From the NCBI GenBank assembly GCA_003568775.1, contig MWMI01000001.1, forward strand, positions 90,001 to 122,000: DNA of 32,000 nucleotides, given 5' to 3'. The position numbers and the translations under genes are program-made. The notes under the pieces were generated by a model that was given only the letters and a program-made list of their open reading frames with translations, had not been told where the DNA came from and ran no database searches. Position 1 is the stretch's first letter, and each line of letters begins with the position of its first letter. Source of the stretch: Candidatus Nanoclepta minutus (GTDB lineage: Archaea; Nanobdellota; Nanobdellia; Nanobdellales; Nanobdellaceae). Shown here piece by piece: positions 10,786 to 18,978 of this stretch.

Positions 10786-10806
10786 CTATCCATAAGATAC
10801 AGATTT

Positions 10807-11091
10807 ATGGATATAAAGATACTGGAAAGAAGGGAAAACAAACTCTTGAATAGAGAAGAGGTGTATGCTATAGCGAATCATAGAGGGGAACCTACACCGA
10901 AGAGGGAGGATATAAAAAAGAAAGTAGCAGCAATGATAGGGAAGAGCGAAGATTTAATAGTTGTATTAAAGATCATAAGTTCCTATGGTTTACAGAGATC
11001 GAAGGTTATACTTCATGTATATAATAGTAAGGAGGATATGATGAAAGTAGAGCCAAAATATATCTTAAAGAGGAATAAGATTATCCAATAA
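10807..11091 (+). CDS. rps24e: Ribosomal protein S24e
   Basis: [15 protein letters not shown]... plus the 94-aa length, followed by S27ae as in most archaea. Confidence 0.9.
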   Translation: MDIKILERRENKLLNREEVYAIANHRGEPTPKREDIKKKVAAMIGKSEDLIVVLKIISSYGLQRSKVILHVYNSKEDMMKVEPKYILKRNKIIQ

Positions 11092-11252
11092 TGGCAAAGG
11101 GAACGAAAGCTATGGTTAGGATGTATTATAAGGTAGAAGATGGGAAGATAATTAGATTAAAGAGGAAGTGCCCTAAATGCGATAGCTATATGGCAGAGCA
11201 TAAGGATAGGTTCCACTGTGGTAAGTGTGGATATACAGAATTCAAGAAATAA
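11091..11252 (+). CDS. rps27ae: Ribosomal protein S27ae (zinc ribbon); absent from the supplied ORF track
   Basis: My own translation gives [53 protein letters not shown], 53 aa, with a CPKC...CGKC zinc ribbon. The start overlaps the S24e stop (TAATG). Confidence 0.85.
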   Translation: MAKGTKAMVRMYYKVEDGKIIRLKRKCPKCDSYMAEHKDRFHCGKCGYTEFKK

Positions 11253-11553
11253 GATATACGTTTTAAGGGGGATAAAAGCCTCTATCGGTGTTATGTTTAA
11301 GAAAATAAAAGAAGGAGAGATATACGTTTTGGATTTAGGAAAAGAAAAATTTGAGATAATTCATACATTTTTTTGTCTAAAACCCTTAGATATCGTTATA
11401 TTAGATGAAAAGCTGAATATAATAGAGGTCCATAGGAAGGTACCTCCATTCAGGTTTATTTTCCCCAAGAAAAGTTTTAGGTATGTTGTTGAGGGAATAA
11501 ATTTAGATATAGACAGGATCAGTGAGGAGGTGCAATCTTCATTGGTCAGTTAG
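11218..11553 (+). CDS. DUF192 / UPF0127-family protein
   Basis: GVMFKK...[16 protein letters not shown] resembles the DUF192 pattern (GLMxR...pLDiiFld.dg.Iv). The start is uncertain. GTG at 11218 overlaps rps27ae by 35 nt, and the next ATG is at 11293. Confidence 0.6.
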   Translation: MVSVDIQNSRNKIYVLRGIKASIGVMFKKIKEGEIYVLDLGKEKFEIIHTFFCLKPLDIVILDEKLNIIEVHRKVPPFRFIFPKKSFRYVVEGINLDIDRISEEVQSSLVS

Positions 11554-12190
11554 ATTCCTTATCTTCATTAAAATAATCTAATATAGAAGTTCTCTTATTT
11601 TTATATTTTCCTTCAATAACGCTTCTGATAGTATTAAAATCTTTCTCGAAAAGTTCCCTCCAATTCTGATGGTAAAGGACTGCTGCAGGATGGAGGGTAG
11701 GAATTATATATACATCCTTATCCCACTTTCTAACTTTTCTTATTTTACCTCTTTCGTTCATTATATTAGTAAATTCAAGGCCAAAATATGAAAAGATGAA
11801 CTTTGAGGAATGTCTACCCAGCGTTACTATTATTCTCGGTTTTATCGTTTCTATCTGTCTTATAAGCCATATAGAGCATGCCTCTATTTCTTCTTCTTTT
11901 GGATCTCTATTATTTGGAGGTCTACATTTTAAAACGTTCGTTATAAATATGTCTTCCCTTTTAATCTCCAATATTTTTTCTATAGTTTCAGTTAAGTATT
12001 TTCCGGCATTACCAACGAATGGTCTACCTTGTTTGTCCTCTTCCCTTCCAGGTGCTTCCCCTATGAACATTATCTCCGATGAGGGATCTCCTTCTCCAGG
12101 GACATAGTTTATTTTACTCTGGTATAAAGGGCATCTCTTACACTGATTTATCTCCCTATTTATCTTCTCTATCTCTTCCCCTTTATCCAT
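11546..12190 (-). CDS. udg: Family 4 uracil-DNA glycosylase (thermophile Fe-S type)
   Basis: CKRCPL...VPGEGDPSSEIMFIGEAPGREEDKQGRPFVGNAGKYL is the family-4 UDG motif set, and HPAAVLY lies near the C-terminus. I place the start at the internal Met (MDKGEE, 12190) rather than the track start at 12244. See findings and rejected items. Confidence 0.85.
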   Translation of the reverse strand: MDKGEEIEKINREINQCKRCPLYQSKINYVPGEGDPSSEIMFIGEAPGREEDKQGRPFVGNAGKYLTETIEKILEIKREDIFITNVLKCRPPNNRDPKEEEIEACSIWLIRQIETIKPRIIVTLGRHSSKFIFSYFGLEFTNIMNERGKIRKVRKWDKDVYIIPTLHPAAVLYHQNWRELFEKDFNTIRSVIEGKYKNKRTSILDYFNEDKESN

Positions 12191-12203
12191 TATTGAGGAA
12201 TAG

Positions 12204-12220
12204 AATATAAAATTAAAATA
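12204..12220. promoter_or_regulatory. Two adjacent TATA-like boxes in the 42-bp udg/speB divergent spacer
   Basis: AATATAAAA (12204-12212) lies about 25 nt upstream of the speB ATG at 12233. TTAAAATA (12213-12220, minus strand TATTTTAA) lies about 26 nt upstream of the udg ATG at 12190. Confidence 0.35.
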
Positions 12221-12232
12221 TAATTCCCTTTT

Positions 12233-13072
12233 ATGTTTGCGCATGCTAGAGGAAACCTGAATGAATCAGAATGGGTAATAGTTGGTATACCATCTGATTT
12301 AGGTAGTCTATCATCGATAAAGGATTATTTAAGGGCTCCGGAAAGTATAAGGGAGGCTTCTTATAGGGTTTTTTCACCGATATTTGGGGATATCGATATG
12401 GATAAGATATATGATTATGGAAACCTGGATCTGGAAGATGTAAAATCGTTAGAAGATCTATATAATAAGATATATGAGGATATAAGGAAAATATACAATA
12501 AAAATAAGAAATATATATTTCTAGGTGGGGACCATTCGATTACGTATCCTATAATAAAGGTTTTGAAGGAAGAATGGGAAGATTTTATTCTAGTTTATTT
12601 TGATTCTCATCCAGACCTGCATCCCGATCCATATATAAACTATCAAAGTTTTATCTATTATTTAATAAGAGAAGAGGTTATTAAACCAGAGAACATTATA
12701 ATGCTTGGAATATCTAACCTATCCTTTGATGAAAAGAATATTTTGAAGGATTTTGGGATAACTTACTTTACCACTTACGATATATGGGGATCCGTAAAGG
12801 AAATAGCTAGAGAAGTTGGTAAAATTACGGACGGTAGGAGGGTTTATATATCTATAGACCTAGATGTATTTGATTCCGGTTGTGGTCATTGGATAGAACC
12901 GTTCGGTATAAGACCCTACCATTATTTTGAGATAATCAAGAATATTACGGGATACCCGATCGGATTAGACATCGTTGAACTATTTTCATCAGAATTCTGT
13001 GAGAATTTGGCTGCGAAGATAATTGTAGAGAGCATTGCTATATTTAACCTTTATAAAAGCTTTTCAAAATAA
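12233..13072 (+). CDS. speB: Agmatinase / arginase-family ureohydrolase
   Basis: GGDHSITYP, FDSHPDL and SIDLDVFD are the Mn-binding motifs of the arginase fold. Substrate specificity is not determinable from the sequence. Confidence 0.8.
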   Translation: MFAHARGNLNESEWVIVGIPSDLGSLSSIKDYLRAPESIREASYRVFSPIFGDIDMDKIYDYGNLDLEDVKSLEDLYNKIYEDIRKIYNKNKKYIFLGGDHSITYPIIKVLKEEWEDFILVYFDSHPDLHPDPYINYQSFIYYLIREEVIKPENIIMLGISNLSFDEKNILKDFGITYFTTYDIWGSVKEIAREVGKITDGRRVYISIDLDVFDSGCGHWIEPFGIRPYHYFEIIKNITGYPIGLDIVELFSSEFCENLAAKIIVESIAIFNLYKSFSK

Positions 13073-13081
13073 AGTATATCT

Positions 13082-14080
13082 ATGGTATTCTTCTTATTCG
13101 ATCCGCTGTATATCTTGCTCTCTTTAATAGGATATTTCTTTATATTCTTTATAGCCTTATACATTGCTCCAAGGTTTGCAAGTAAGCTATCTGGGAAGCT
13201 TTCTTTATATACGAGTATGATCCTCTTAGCTTTTTCAACGATTATCACGTTTTCTTTAGTTGTAGCTGGGTTTATATATCTTGTAGGAATGGATGGAATC
13301 TATTATTTTAGTACAATTGCTATTCTAATTTTATTAGCTAATTTCTTAGTTTATTTGTTTTCCCCTCTAATGATAGATATTGCTTTTTCCGTAAGAAGGG
13401 ATGATTATCTCCAGAGAATAGTCGATGAAGTTAAGGAGAAAGTAGGTTTGAAGGGTAAAGTGTTGGCATTGAGGGCTAACGGTTTGCCTAATGCATTTGC
13501 TTATGGGAACTTTATATTCGGTAAAAGGATCGCGGTAACGGATTCTCTTATTGAAATGTTAGATGAAGAAGAGTTGAAATCTGTTATTGGACACGAGATA
13601 GGCCATCATAAACATAAGGATTCCATCTTCATCCTATTATTCGGTATATTGCCATCTATAATATATTACCTAGGTTATACAATGGTCTGGAGTGGTATGG
13701 GAGATAGGAGGAATAGAAACGGATTTTTGGCTTTATTCGGGTTGATATTAGTATTAATATCCTTTTTGGTTCAGCTTTTAGTTTTAGCCTTCAGTAGGTT
13801 GAGAGAGTACTATGCAGACTACGTTGGAGCGAAATATGTATCTAAGTCTGGGATGCAGTATGCTTTAGCAAAGCTATTCATGTTCTATTCTAATGAGGGG
13901 TATAGGGAGGCTGTAAGGAAGTCTACTTATAGTACGTTGTTCATATATGCTCTAGCAAATCCCCTAGTTTCTAGGATAGATATAGAATCTATAAAGAATT
14001 TGCCAATAAGGGAGATAGAATTTCTTTCTACTCATCCACCAATTCAAAAAAGACTGAAGTTTATAGATCAGATAGTATGA
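13082..14080 (+). CDS. htpX: HtpX-like M48 zinc metalloprotease (membrane)
   Basis: HEIGHHKH (HExxH) lies after N-terminal TM segments. NAFAYG precedes it and EYYAD follows, as in HtpX/M48. It starts 9 nt after speB. Confidence 0.85.
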   Translation: MVFFLFDPLYILLSLIGYFFIFFIALYIAPRFASKLSGKLSLYTSMILLAFSTIITFSLVVAGFIYLVGMDGIYYFSTIAILILLANFLVYLFSPLMIDIAFSVRRDDYLQRIVDEVKEKVGLKGKVLALRANGLPNAFAYGNFIFGKRIAVTDSLIEMLDEEELKSVIGHEIGHHKHKDSIFILLFGILPSIIYYLGYTMVWSGMGDRRNRNGFLALFGLILVLISFLVQLLVLAFSRLREYYADYVGAKYVSKSGMQYALAKLFMFYSNEGYREAVRKSTYSTLFIYALANPLVSRIDIESIKNLPIREIEFLSTHPPIQKRLKFIDQIV

Positions 14081-14478
14081 AAGATTATTTTTAATTCTTT
14101 TTCCATTTTTAATAATTCTATAATCCTTCTATCTATATCCTTAGCTGCTTTATTTGCATTAATTACTACTGTTCTATCATCTATATACCTACTTTTTCTT
14201 ATAACAAAGCTTCTATCATCCCTAAATCTTAAATCTTTGCTTCCATATCCTATTACAAGATCTCTTAAACCTTCTACAACGATCTCTATTATTACTTTAT
14301 TCCCTTCAATTAGGTATTCCTTCAGCCAATCCGGGAATTCTCTTGCAGAGTATTCTGCCGATATTCCTATTATGCAAGTACCTTTTTCCGTTAAATAGTT
14401 ATCTTTGGTTACCTCAAAAGTTGTTTCATGTGTAGAAGATATTAATCTATGTCCTTTAGCTTTTATTATGAACTTCAT
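14068..14478 (-). CDS. DUF371-family protein
   Basis: KAKGHRLISSTHETTFEVTKDNYLTEKGTCIIGI matches my recollection of the DUF371 N-terminal pattern (H.nv.atH.tT.E.Tk...lt..GdCIigv). 136 aa. Confidence 0.55.
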   Translation of the reverse strand: MKFIIKAKGHRLISSTHETTFEVTKDNYLTEKGTCIIGISAEYSAREFPDWLKEYLIEGNKVIIEIVVEGLRDLVIGYGSKDLRFRDDRSFVIRKSRYIDDRTVVINANKAAKDIDRRIIELLKMEKELKIIFHTI

Positions 14479-15292
14479 TTAAGTATTCCAATATTCTTCT
14501 TGCTACGTTAACTTTTGTATATTTTTCAAATCCTTCAAACCTGAAGATAATGTGTAGGTCTATTACATACTTTGTCTTTCCCTTTATCAATACATCGAAG
14601 GCAAATATCTCTATGTCAAAGATTTTAGACAAATTCTTAGATATCTCCCTTATTTCTTCATCAATTTTGAAAGGTTTTCCATAACCTCCCTGTGCTATAT
14701 TTGCTTTAAAGGAAATTGGATTTATCCTTTCCATTCCACCGATCGGATCTCCAATTACTATTACTCTAACATCCCTTTCGTATGGAATATATTCCTGGAA
14801 TATTATATGGGCCAATTTATCCTTATTTTTATTTAAGAATTCTAGTAATTCTTCCATATTTTCTATTAAGAATACGCCTTTTCCCAGATGTATATAATCG
14901 AATTTAGCTATAACAGGAAAACCTAGATCTAGGATCTCTTTATAGTTTTTTTCACTATTTATTTTCTTTATTTTCGGAATTTTAATATTATTTTCAAGCA
15001 TTTTGTAATAAAAGAATGTCTTATTCATGATGTGATAGTTTTCTATTACCCTATTAACAATTCTTATGTTCCTCTTCTTTAGATAACTTGCTAAAACCTC
15101 CAAGTTTGAAATTCCCATTTTCCTCAAGCTTCCTATAAAATAGAACACCTTAGTATTTTTGAATTGACTCTCTGGAGGGAACGTTATATCATCAGAATTA
15201 ATTAGTTCAAGGTTATCGTAGTTTTTTGCTTCTTCATGTATCCTCTTTAGCTCGTATTCTTGGCAGCTCCCAGAGTAAACTATTGAAATCAT
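14456..15292 (-). CDS. RimK-family ATP-grasp ligase-like protein
   Basis: DVRVIVIGD...FKANIAQGG...FAFDVL aligns to the RimK pattern (DiRvfVvg...fraNla.GG...gvDil). The downstream E-x-N metal site reads D-L-H. Confidence 0.65.
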   Translation of the reverse strand: MISIVYSGSCQEYELKRIHEEAKNYDNLELINSDDITFPPESQFKNTKVFYFIGSLRKMGISNLEVLASYLKKRNIRIVNRVIENYHIMNKTFFYYKMLENNIKIPKIKKINSEKNYKEILDLGFPVIAKFDYIHLGKGVFLIENMEELLEFLNKNKDKLAHIIFQEYIPYERDVRVIVIGDPIGGMERINPISFKANIAQGGYGKPFKIDEEIREISKNLSKIFDIEIFAFDVLIKGKTKYVIDLHIIFRFEGFEKYTKVNVARRILEYLNEVHNKS

Positions 15293-15314
15293 TCAGAACA
15301 AGATGATACCAACA

Positions 15315-15322
15315 TTTAAATA
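15315..15322 (+). promoter_or_regulatory. TATA box of the RNA polymerase operon
   Basis: TTTAAATA matches the archaeal TATA consensus. It is centred about 27 nt upstream of the rpoH ATG at 15346, which implies a leaderless or near-leaderless mRNA. Confidence 0.5.
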
Positions 15323-15345
15323 CTTTTATTTTAATAAATACCAAA

Positions 15346-15645
15346 ATGCCCAAGAAATCTAAGAAGAAAAAGGTTGAGAAAGGGAAGAAAGAAAAATTAA
15401 GAAGTCATAGTGAAATTGATATAACACAACATTACCTAGTTCCTAAACATGAGATATTATCTGAAGAAGAAAAAAAGGAATTATTGGAAAAATATAAAGT
15501 TAAGTTGGAGGATCTCCCAAAAATACTCATAACGGATCCTGCAATATCGAAACTTAATCCTAAACCTGGAGATATAGTTAGAATTGTTAGGATGGACCCT
15601 GTAGCCGGTGAATCGGTTTATTATAGGGTTGTAATCGAAGAATAG
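15346..15645 (+). CDS. rpoH: RNA polymerase subunit H (Rpo5) with a lysine-rich N-terminal extension
   Basis: HYLVPKHEILSEEE...LPKILITDPA...GDIVRIVR...YYRVV is the RpoH/Rpb5 C-terminal domain. It is preceded by MPKKSKKKKVEKGKKEKLR. Confidence 0.9.
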   Translation: MPKKSKKKKVEKGKKEKLRSHSEIDITQHYLVPKHEILSEEEKKELLEKYKVKLEDLPKILITDPAISKLNPKPGDIVRIVRMDPVAGESVYYRVVIEE

Positions 15646-15674
15646 CTTATAAATCTTATTTATTATAAATTACC

Positions 15675-17165
15675 ATGAATCTATATGACAAGTATGTATT
15701 GTTATATAGGTATTATGAGGAAAATAACATACTCGAGACGTTATTAAAATCTTTTAACTATTTTGCAAGTGAGGAAATAACGAAGATCGTAAGAGAAATT
15801 GGAGAAGTTTCTCCAAGATTAACTCCTCCAGGAATAACTGAAGTAAAGTTGAAGTTTGAGAGAGCGTGGTTAGGTAAAGCCGATTATACTGAGAGAGAAG
15901 GAATATCTAGGGTTATATACCCAAATGAGGCCAGGATTAGGAATATAACTTATTCTGGACCAGTTTATTTGGAGTTCTCAGTTTATGAGGATGGATCCTC
16001 AAAGGGGAAGTATGTGGTAAATATAGGTAGGTTGCCCATAATGGTTAGATCAAAGTATTGTAATACTTATGGGTTATCTGAAGAAGAGCTGGTAGAAGTG
16101 GGGGAAGATCCAAATGACCCAGGTGGATACTTTATTATTAATGGTACAGAAAGGGTATTAGTTTTATCTGAAGAATTGTCTACAAACAGATTTTATGTTC
16201 AGATGGAAAATACATCAGTTAAAGCTAGAGGTTTCCTTTTAGCAGAATCATTAACTGCTCAATATCCACATATAATCGATTTAATGAAGGATGGATTACT
16301 ATACCTTAGTTTTGAGAGGTATAAAAGGGTTCCTTTAATCTTGGTGATCAAGGCCTTGGGTTTGGAGAAGGATGCTGAGATAGCGAGATTCATAAATGAG
16401 GAAGATAACTTTGAAGAAACTTATATAAACCTGTTGGAATTTGCAGATGTAACCACACAGAAGGATGCCCTTCTAAAGTTGGCTAATAGATTAAGACTAA
16501 CTGGTTCCGATGAAATAAAGATAGAGAAAATGAAAGGAATACTTGAAACTAAGTTACTTCCAAACATAGGGATGGGAAATTCATATAATTTGTTAAAGGC
16601 ATACAATTTGTGTAAGATGGCGAGAAAGCTATTGCTTTTAGTACATAGGAAGATAGATGAGGATGTTAAGGATCACTTTATGAACAAAATCGTTAGGACT
16701 CCTGGGGAATTAATGAGGGAACTTTTTAGGGTTATAGTTAGGACTGTAATAAACGATGCTATGTATCAATACGATAGGTTAGTAAGGAGGGGAAGAATAC
16801 CGCAATATACATCCATCTTTAGGTCTAAAATATTTACGGAGAGGTTTGAATCTGCTATGGGTACTGGTGTATGGACAAGGGAGAGGATGGGTGTCTCTCA
16901 AACTTTGGATAGGACGAATAAGCTTTCCGTCCTTTCCCATCTAACGAGGGTTTGGTCTTCGATAGAAGGTGAGGCCGAACTCCTAGAGGCTAGGATGGTC
17001 CATGGCACTCATTGGGGAAGGTTAGATCCTATAGAAACCCCTGAAGGAAAGAATACTGGATTGAGAAAGAATTTAGCGATTTTCTCAAAAATAAGCTTTG
17101 AGGAATATGATAAAGAGGAAATAATAGAGGTTTTAAGGAGAATAGGCCTAAAAATTGTTTCATGA
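15675..17165 (+). CDS. rpoB2: RNA polymerase subunit B'' (N-terminal half of the split Rpo2)
   Basis: YPNEARIRNITYSGP, GRLPIMVRS, DPGGYFIINGTERV and ETPEG are conserved Rpb2 N-terminal blocks. The ORF ends where the B' ORF begins. Confidence 0.95.
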   Translation: MNLYDKYVLLYRYYEENNILETLLKSFNYFASEEITKIVREIGEVSPRLTPPGITEVKLKFERAWLGKADYTEREGISRVIYPNEARIRNITYSGPVYLEFSVYEDGSSKGKYVVNIGRLPIMVRSKYCNTYGLSEEELVEVGEDPNDPGGYFIINGTERVLVLSEELSTNRFYVQMENTSVKARGFLLAESLTAQYPHIIDLMKDGLLYLSFERYKRVPLILVIKALGLEKDAEIARFINEEDNFEETYINLLEFADVTTQKDALLKLANRLRLTGSDEIKIEKMKGILETKLLPNIGMGNSYNLLKAYNLCKMARKLLLLVHRKIDEDVKDHFMNKIVRTPGELMRELFRVIVRTVINDAMYQYDRLVRRGRIPQYTSIFRSKIFTERFESAMGTGVWTRERMGVSQTLDRTNKLSVLSHLTRVWSSIEGEAELLEARMVHGTHWGRLDPIETPEGKNTGLRKNLAIFSKISFEEYDKEEIIEVLRRIGLKIVS

Positions 17166-18978
17166 TAAAATGGTAACGGAAGTCTATATAGATTCCATAT
17201 TCGTTGGATATGTAGAAGATCCGAAAGATTTTGTAAATAAGTTTAAGGAGATAAGGGCTAAAGGACAGCTACCAAAGTTCGCCAACATATACTTTAATGA
17301 AGAAAAGAACATAATTGAAATAAACTTAAGAAAGGGCAGGATATTGAGACCTCTGATAGTAGTAAAGAATGGAAAGCCCCTTTTAACTCAGGAACATATA
17401 GAAAAGTTAAGAAAAGGAGAAATAAAATGGTCTGATTTAGAAAAGGAGGGAATAATAGAATGGGTAGACCCAGCTGAGGAGGAAAACTTATATGTAGCGT
17501 TATATCCGGAAGATTTAACGGAGGAGCATACACATCTGGAACTATCTCCATTGACTATTTTCGGTATATTAACTTCCCTCGTACCTTATTCAAACCATAA
17601 CCAGTCTGCTAGGTTGAATAGAGGAATGAGAACACAGAAGCAAGCTCATTCAGTATATTTAACAAACTTTTGGCAGAGATTTGATACAGATATTTCTATT
17701 TTATACTACCCACAGGAACCGATCGTTAGAACATTCTCTCATAACCTCTTTAGAAATGCTGATAGGATAGGACAGAACGTAATTATTGCTGTAATGACAC
17801 AGGAAGGATATAACATGGAGGATGCAATAATTATAAATAGAGGATCCATAGAGAGAGGCATTTTCAGATCCTCATACTTTAGGAAATATGAAGTAGAGAG
17901 GATAAAATATCCTGGAGGTTTACAGGATGAAATAACTATCCCATCTCAGGATGTATACTTATATAAAGGGGCGGATAAATACAAATACTTGGAAGAAGAT
18001 GGAATAGTTCATGTAGAGGCATATGTAGATGAGTATGATGTTCTAGTTGGAAAGGTTTCTCCTCCAAAGTTCTTAAGTGCTTTTGGAGAATATACAACTG
18101 CAGGTACTGTTAAGAAGGATACCTCAATGTTGGTTAGGTTTGAGGAGAAAGGTTATGTAGATAGCGTAGTTATTACGGAATCCCCATCTGGTAACATGTT
18201 AATAAAGATAAGATTGAGGGATATAAGAATTCCGGAGATAGGAGATAAGTTCTCCGTTAGGCATGGACAGAAAGGTGTTGTTGGAATGATTGTAGACGAA
18301 TCTGATATGCCATGGACTGCCTCAGGTTTAAAGCCAGATATAATCTTCTCTCCCTTCGGTATACCGGCAAGGTTAACTATTGGTTTGCTTTTAGAGATTC
18401 TTGGAGGTAAGGTTGGTGCATTGAACGGAAGGTTTATAGATGGTACCCCGTGGTTTGGGGAGAAAGAGGAAGATCTAAGGAAAGAACTATTGAGCCTTGG
18501 ATTTATGGAAAGTGGGGAGGAAACGATGTATAATCCACTTACTGGAGAAGAGTTTAAAGTTAAAATATATGTAGGATCCGTATATTACTTGAGATTAAAG
18601 TATATGGCAGAAAACAAATTGCATGCTAGAGCATTAGGTCCAGTTACGTTATTAACCAAACAACCAACTGAAGGAAAATCAAGAGAGGGTGGATTAAGAT
18701 GGGGAGAGATGGAAAACGAAGTATTGGCTGCTCATGGAGCATCCCTATTACTTAGGGAAGCTTTCTCATCGGATGATGTTATCGTTCCGATTTGTGAGAA
18801 CTGTGGAAGTATAGCCGTTGAGGATGATATACATCATAAGATCTATTGTCCAGTTTGTGGGGAGACAGATAAAATAGCTAGTATTAAGACCTCTTACGCT
18901 TTCTTATTGCTAGTGAGAGAGTTAATAAGTTTGGGAATATGGCCTAGGTTTAAAGTTAAGTACAAATTCGAAAAATGA
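17155..18978 (+). CDS. rpoB1: RNA polymerase subunit B' (C-terminal half of the split Rpo2)
   Basis: GYNMEDAIIIN, GDKFSVRHGQKGV, PSRLTIG-like PARLTIG, GGLRWGEMENE and a C-terminal zinc site CENCGS...CPVCG. The start is either TTG at 17155 (track) or ATG at 17170. Confidence 0.95.
   Translation: MFHDKMVTEVYIDSIFVGYVEDPKDFVNKFKEIRAKGQLPKFANIYFNEEKNIIEINLRKGRILRPLIVVKNGKPLLTQEHIEKLRKGEIKWSDLEKEGIIEWVDPAEEENLYVALYPEDLTEEHTHLELSPLTIFGILTSLVPYSNHNQSARLNRGMRTQKQAHSVYLTNFWQRFDTDISILYYPQEPIVRTFSHNLFRNADRIGQNVIIAVMTQEGYNMEDAIIINRGSIERGIFRSSYFRKYEVERIKYPGGLQDEITIPSQDVYLYKGADKYKYLEEDGIVHVEAYVDEYDVLVGKVSPPKFLSAFGEYTTAGTVKKDTSMLVRFEEKGYVDSVVITESPSGNMLIKIRLRDIRIPEIGDKFSVRHGQKGVVGMIVDESDMPWTASGLKPDIIFSPFGIPARLTIGLLLEILGGKVGALNGRFIDGTPWFGEKEEDLRKELLSLGFMESGEETMYNPLTGEEFKVKIYVGSVYYLRLKYMAENKLHARALGPVTLLTKQPTEGKSREGGLRWGEMENEVLAAHGASLLLREAFSSDDVIVPICENCGSIAVEDDIHHKIYCPVCGETDKIASIKTSYAFLLLVRELISLGIWPRFKVKYKFEK

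Noticed and set aside
11796-12107. Plus-strand 103-aa ORF antisense to udg
   Set aside because: It is a shadow ORF; the opposite strand carries the diagnostic UDG family-4 motifs.
12191-12244. The longer udg start from the track (MRKHKRELYFNFIFYSSI..., ATG at 12244) overlapping the speB start
   Set aside because: The extra 18 residues are an AT-driven read-through of the promoter spacer. This start would leave no promoter for either gene. The internal Met at 12190 gives a normal family-4 UDG N-terminus and fits the -26 TATA spacing.
13051-13248. Minus-strand 65-aa ORF spanning the speB/htpX junction
   Set aside because: It is antisense to two supported genes and has no motif.
16421-17551. 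Minus-strand ORFs 16421-16606 and 17294-17551 inside rpoB''/rpoB'
   Set aside because: They are shadow ORFs opposite universally conserved RNAP sequence.
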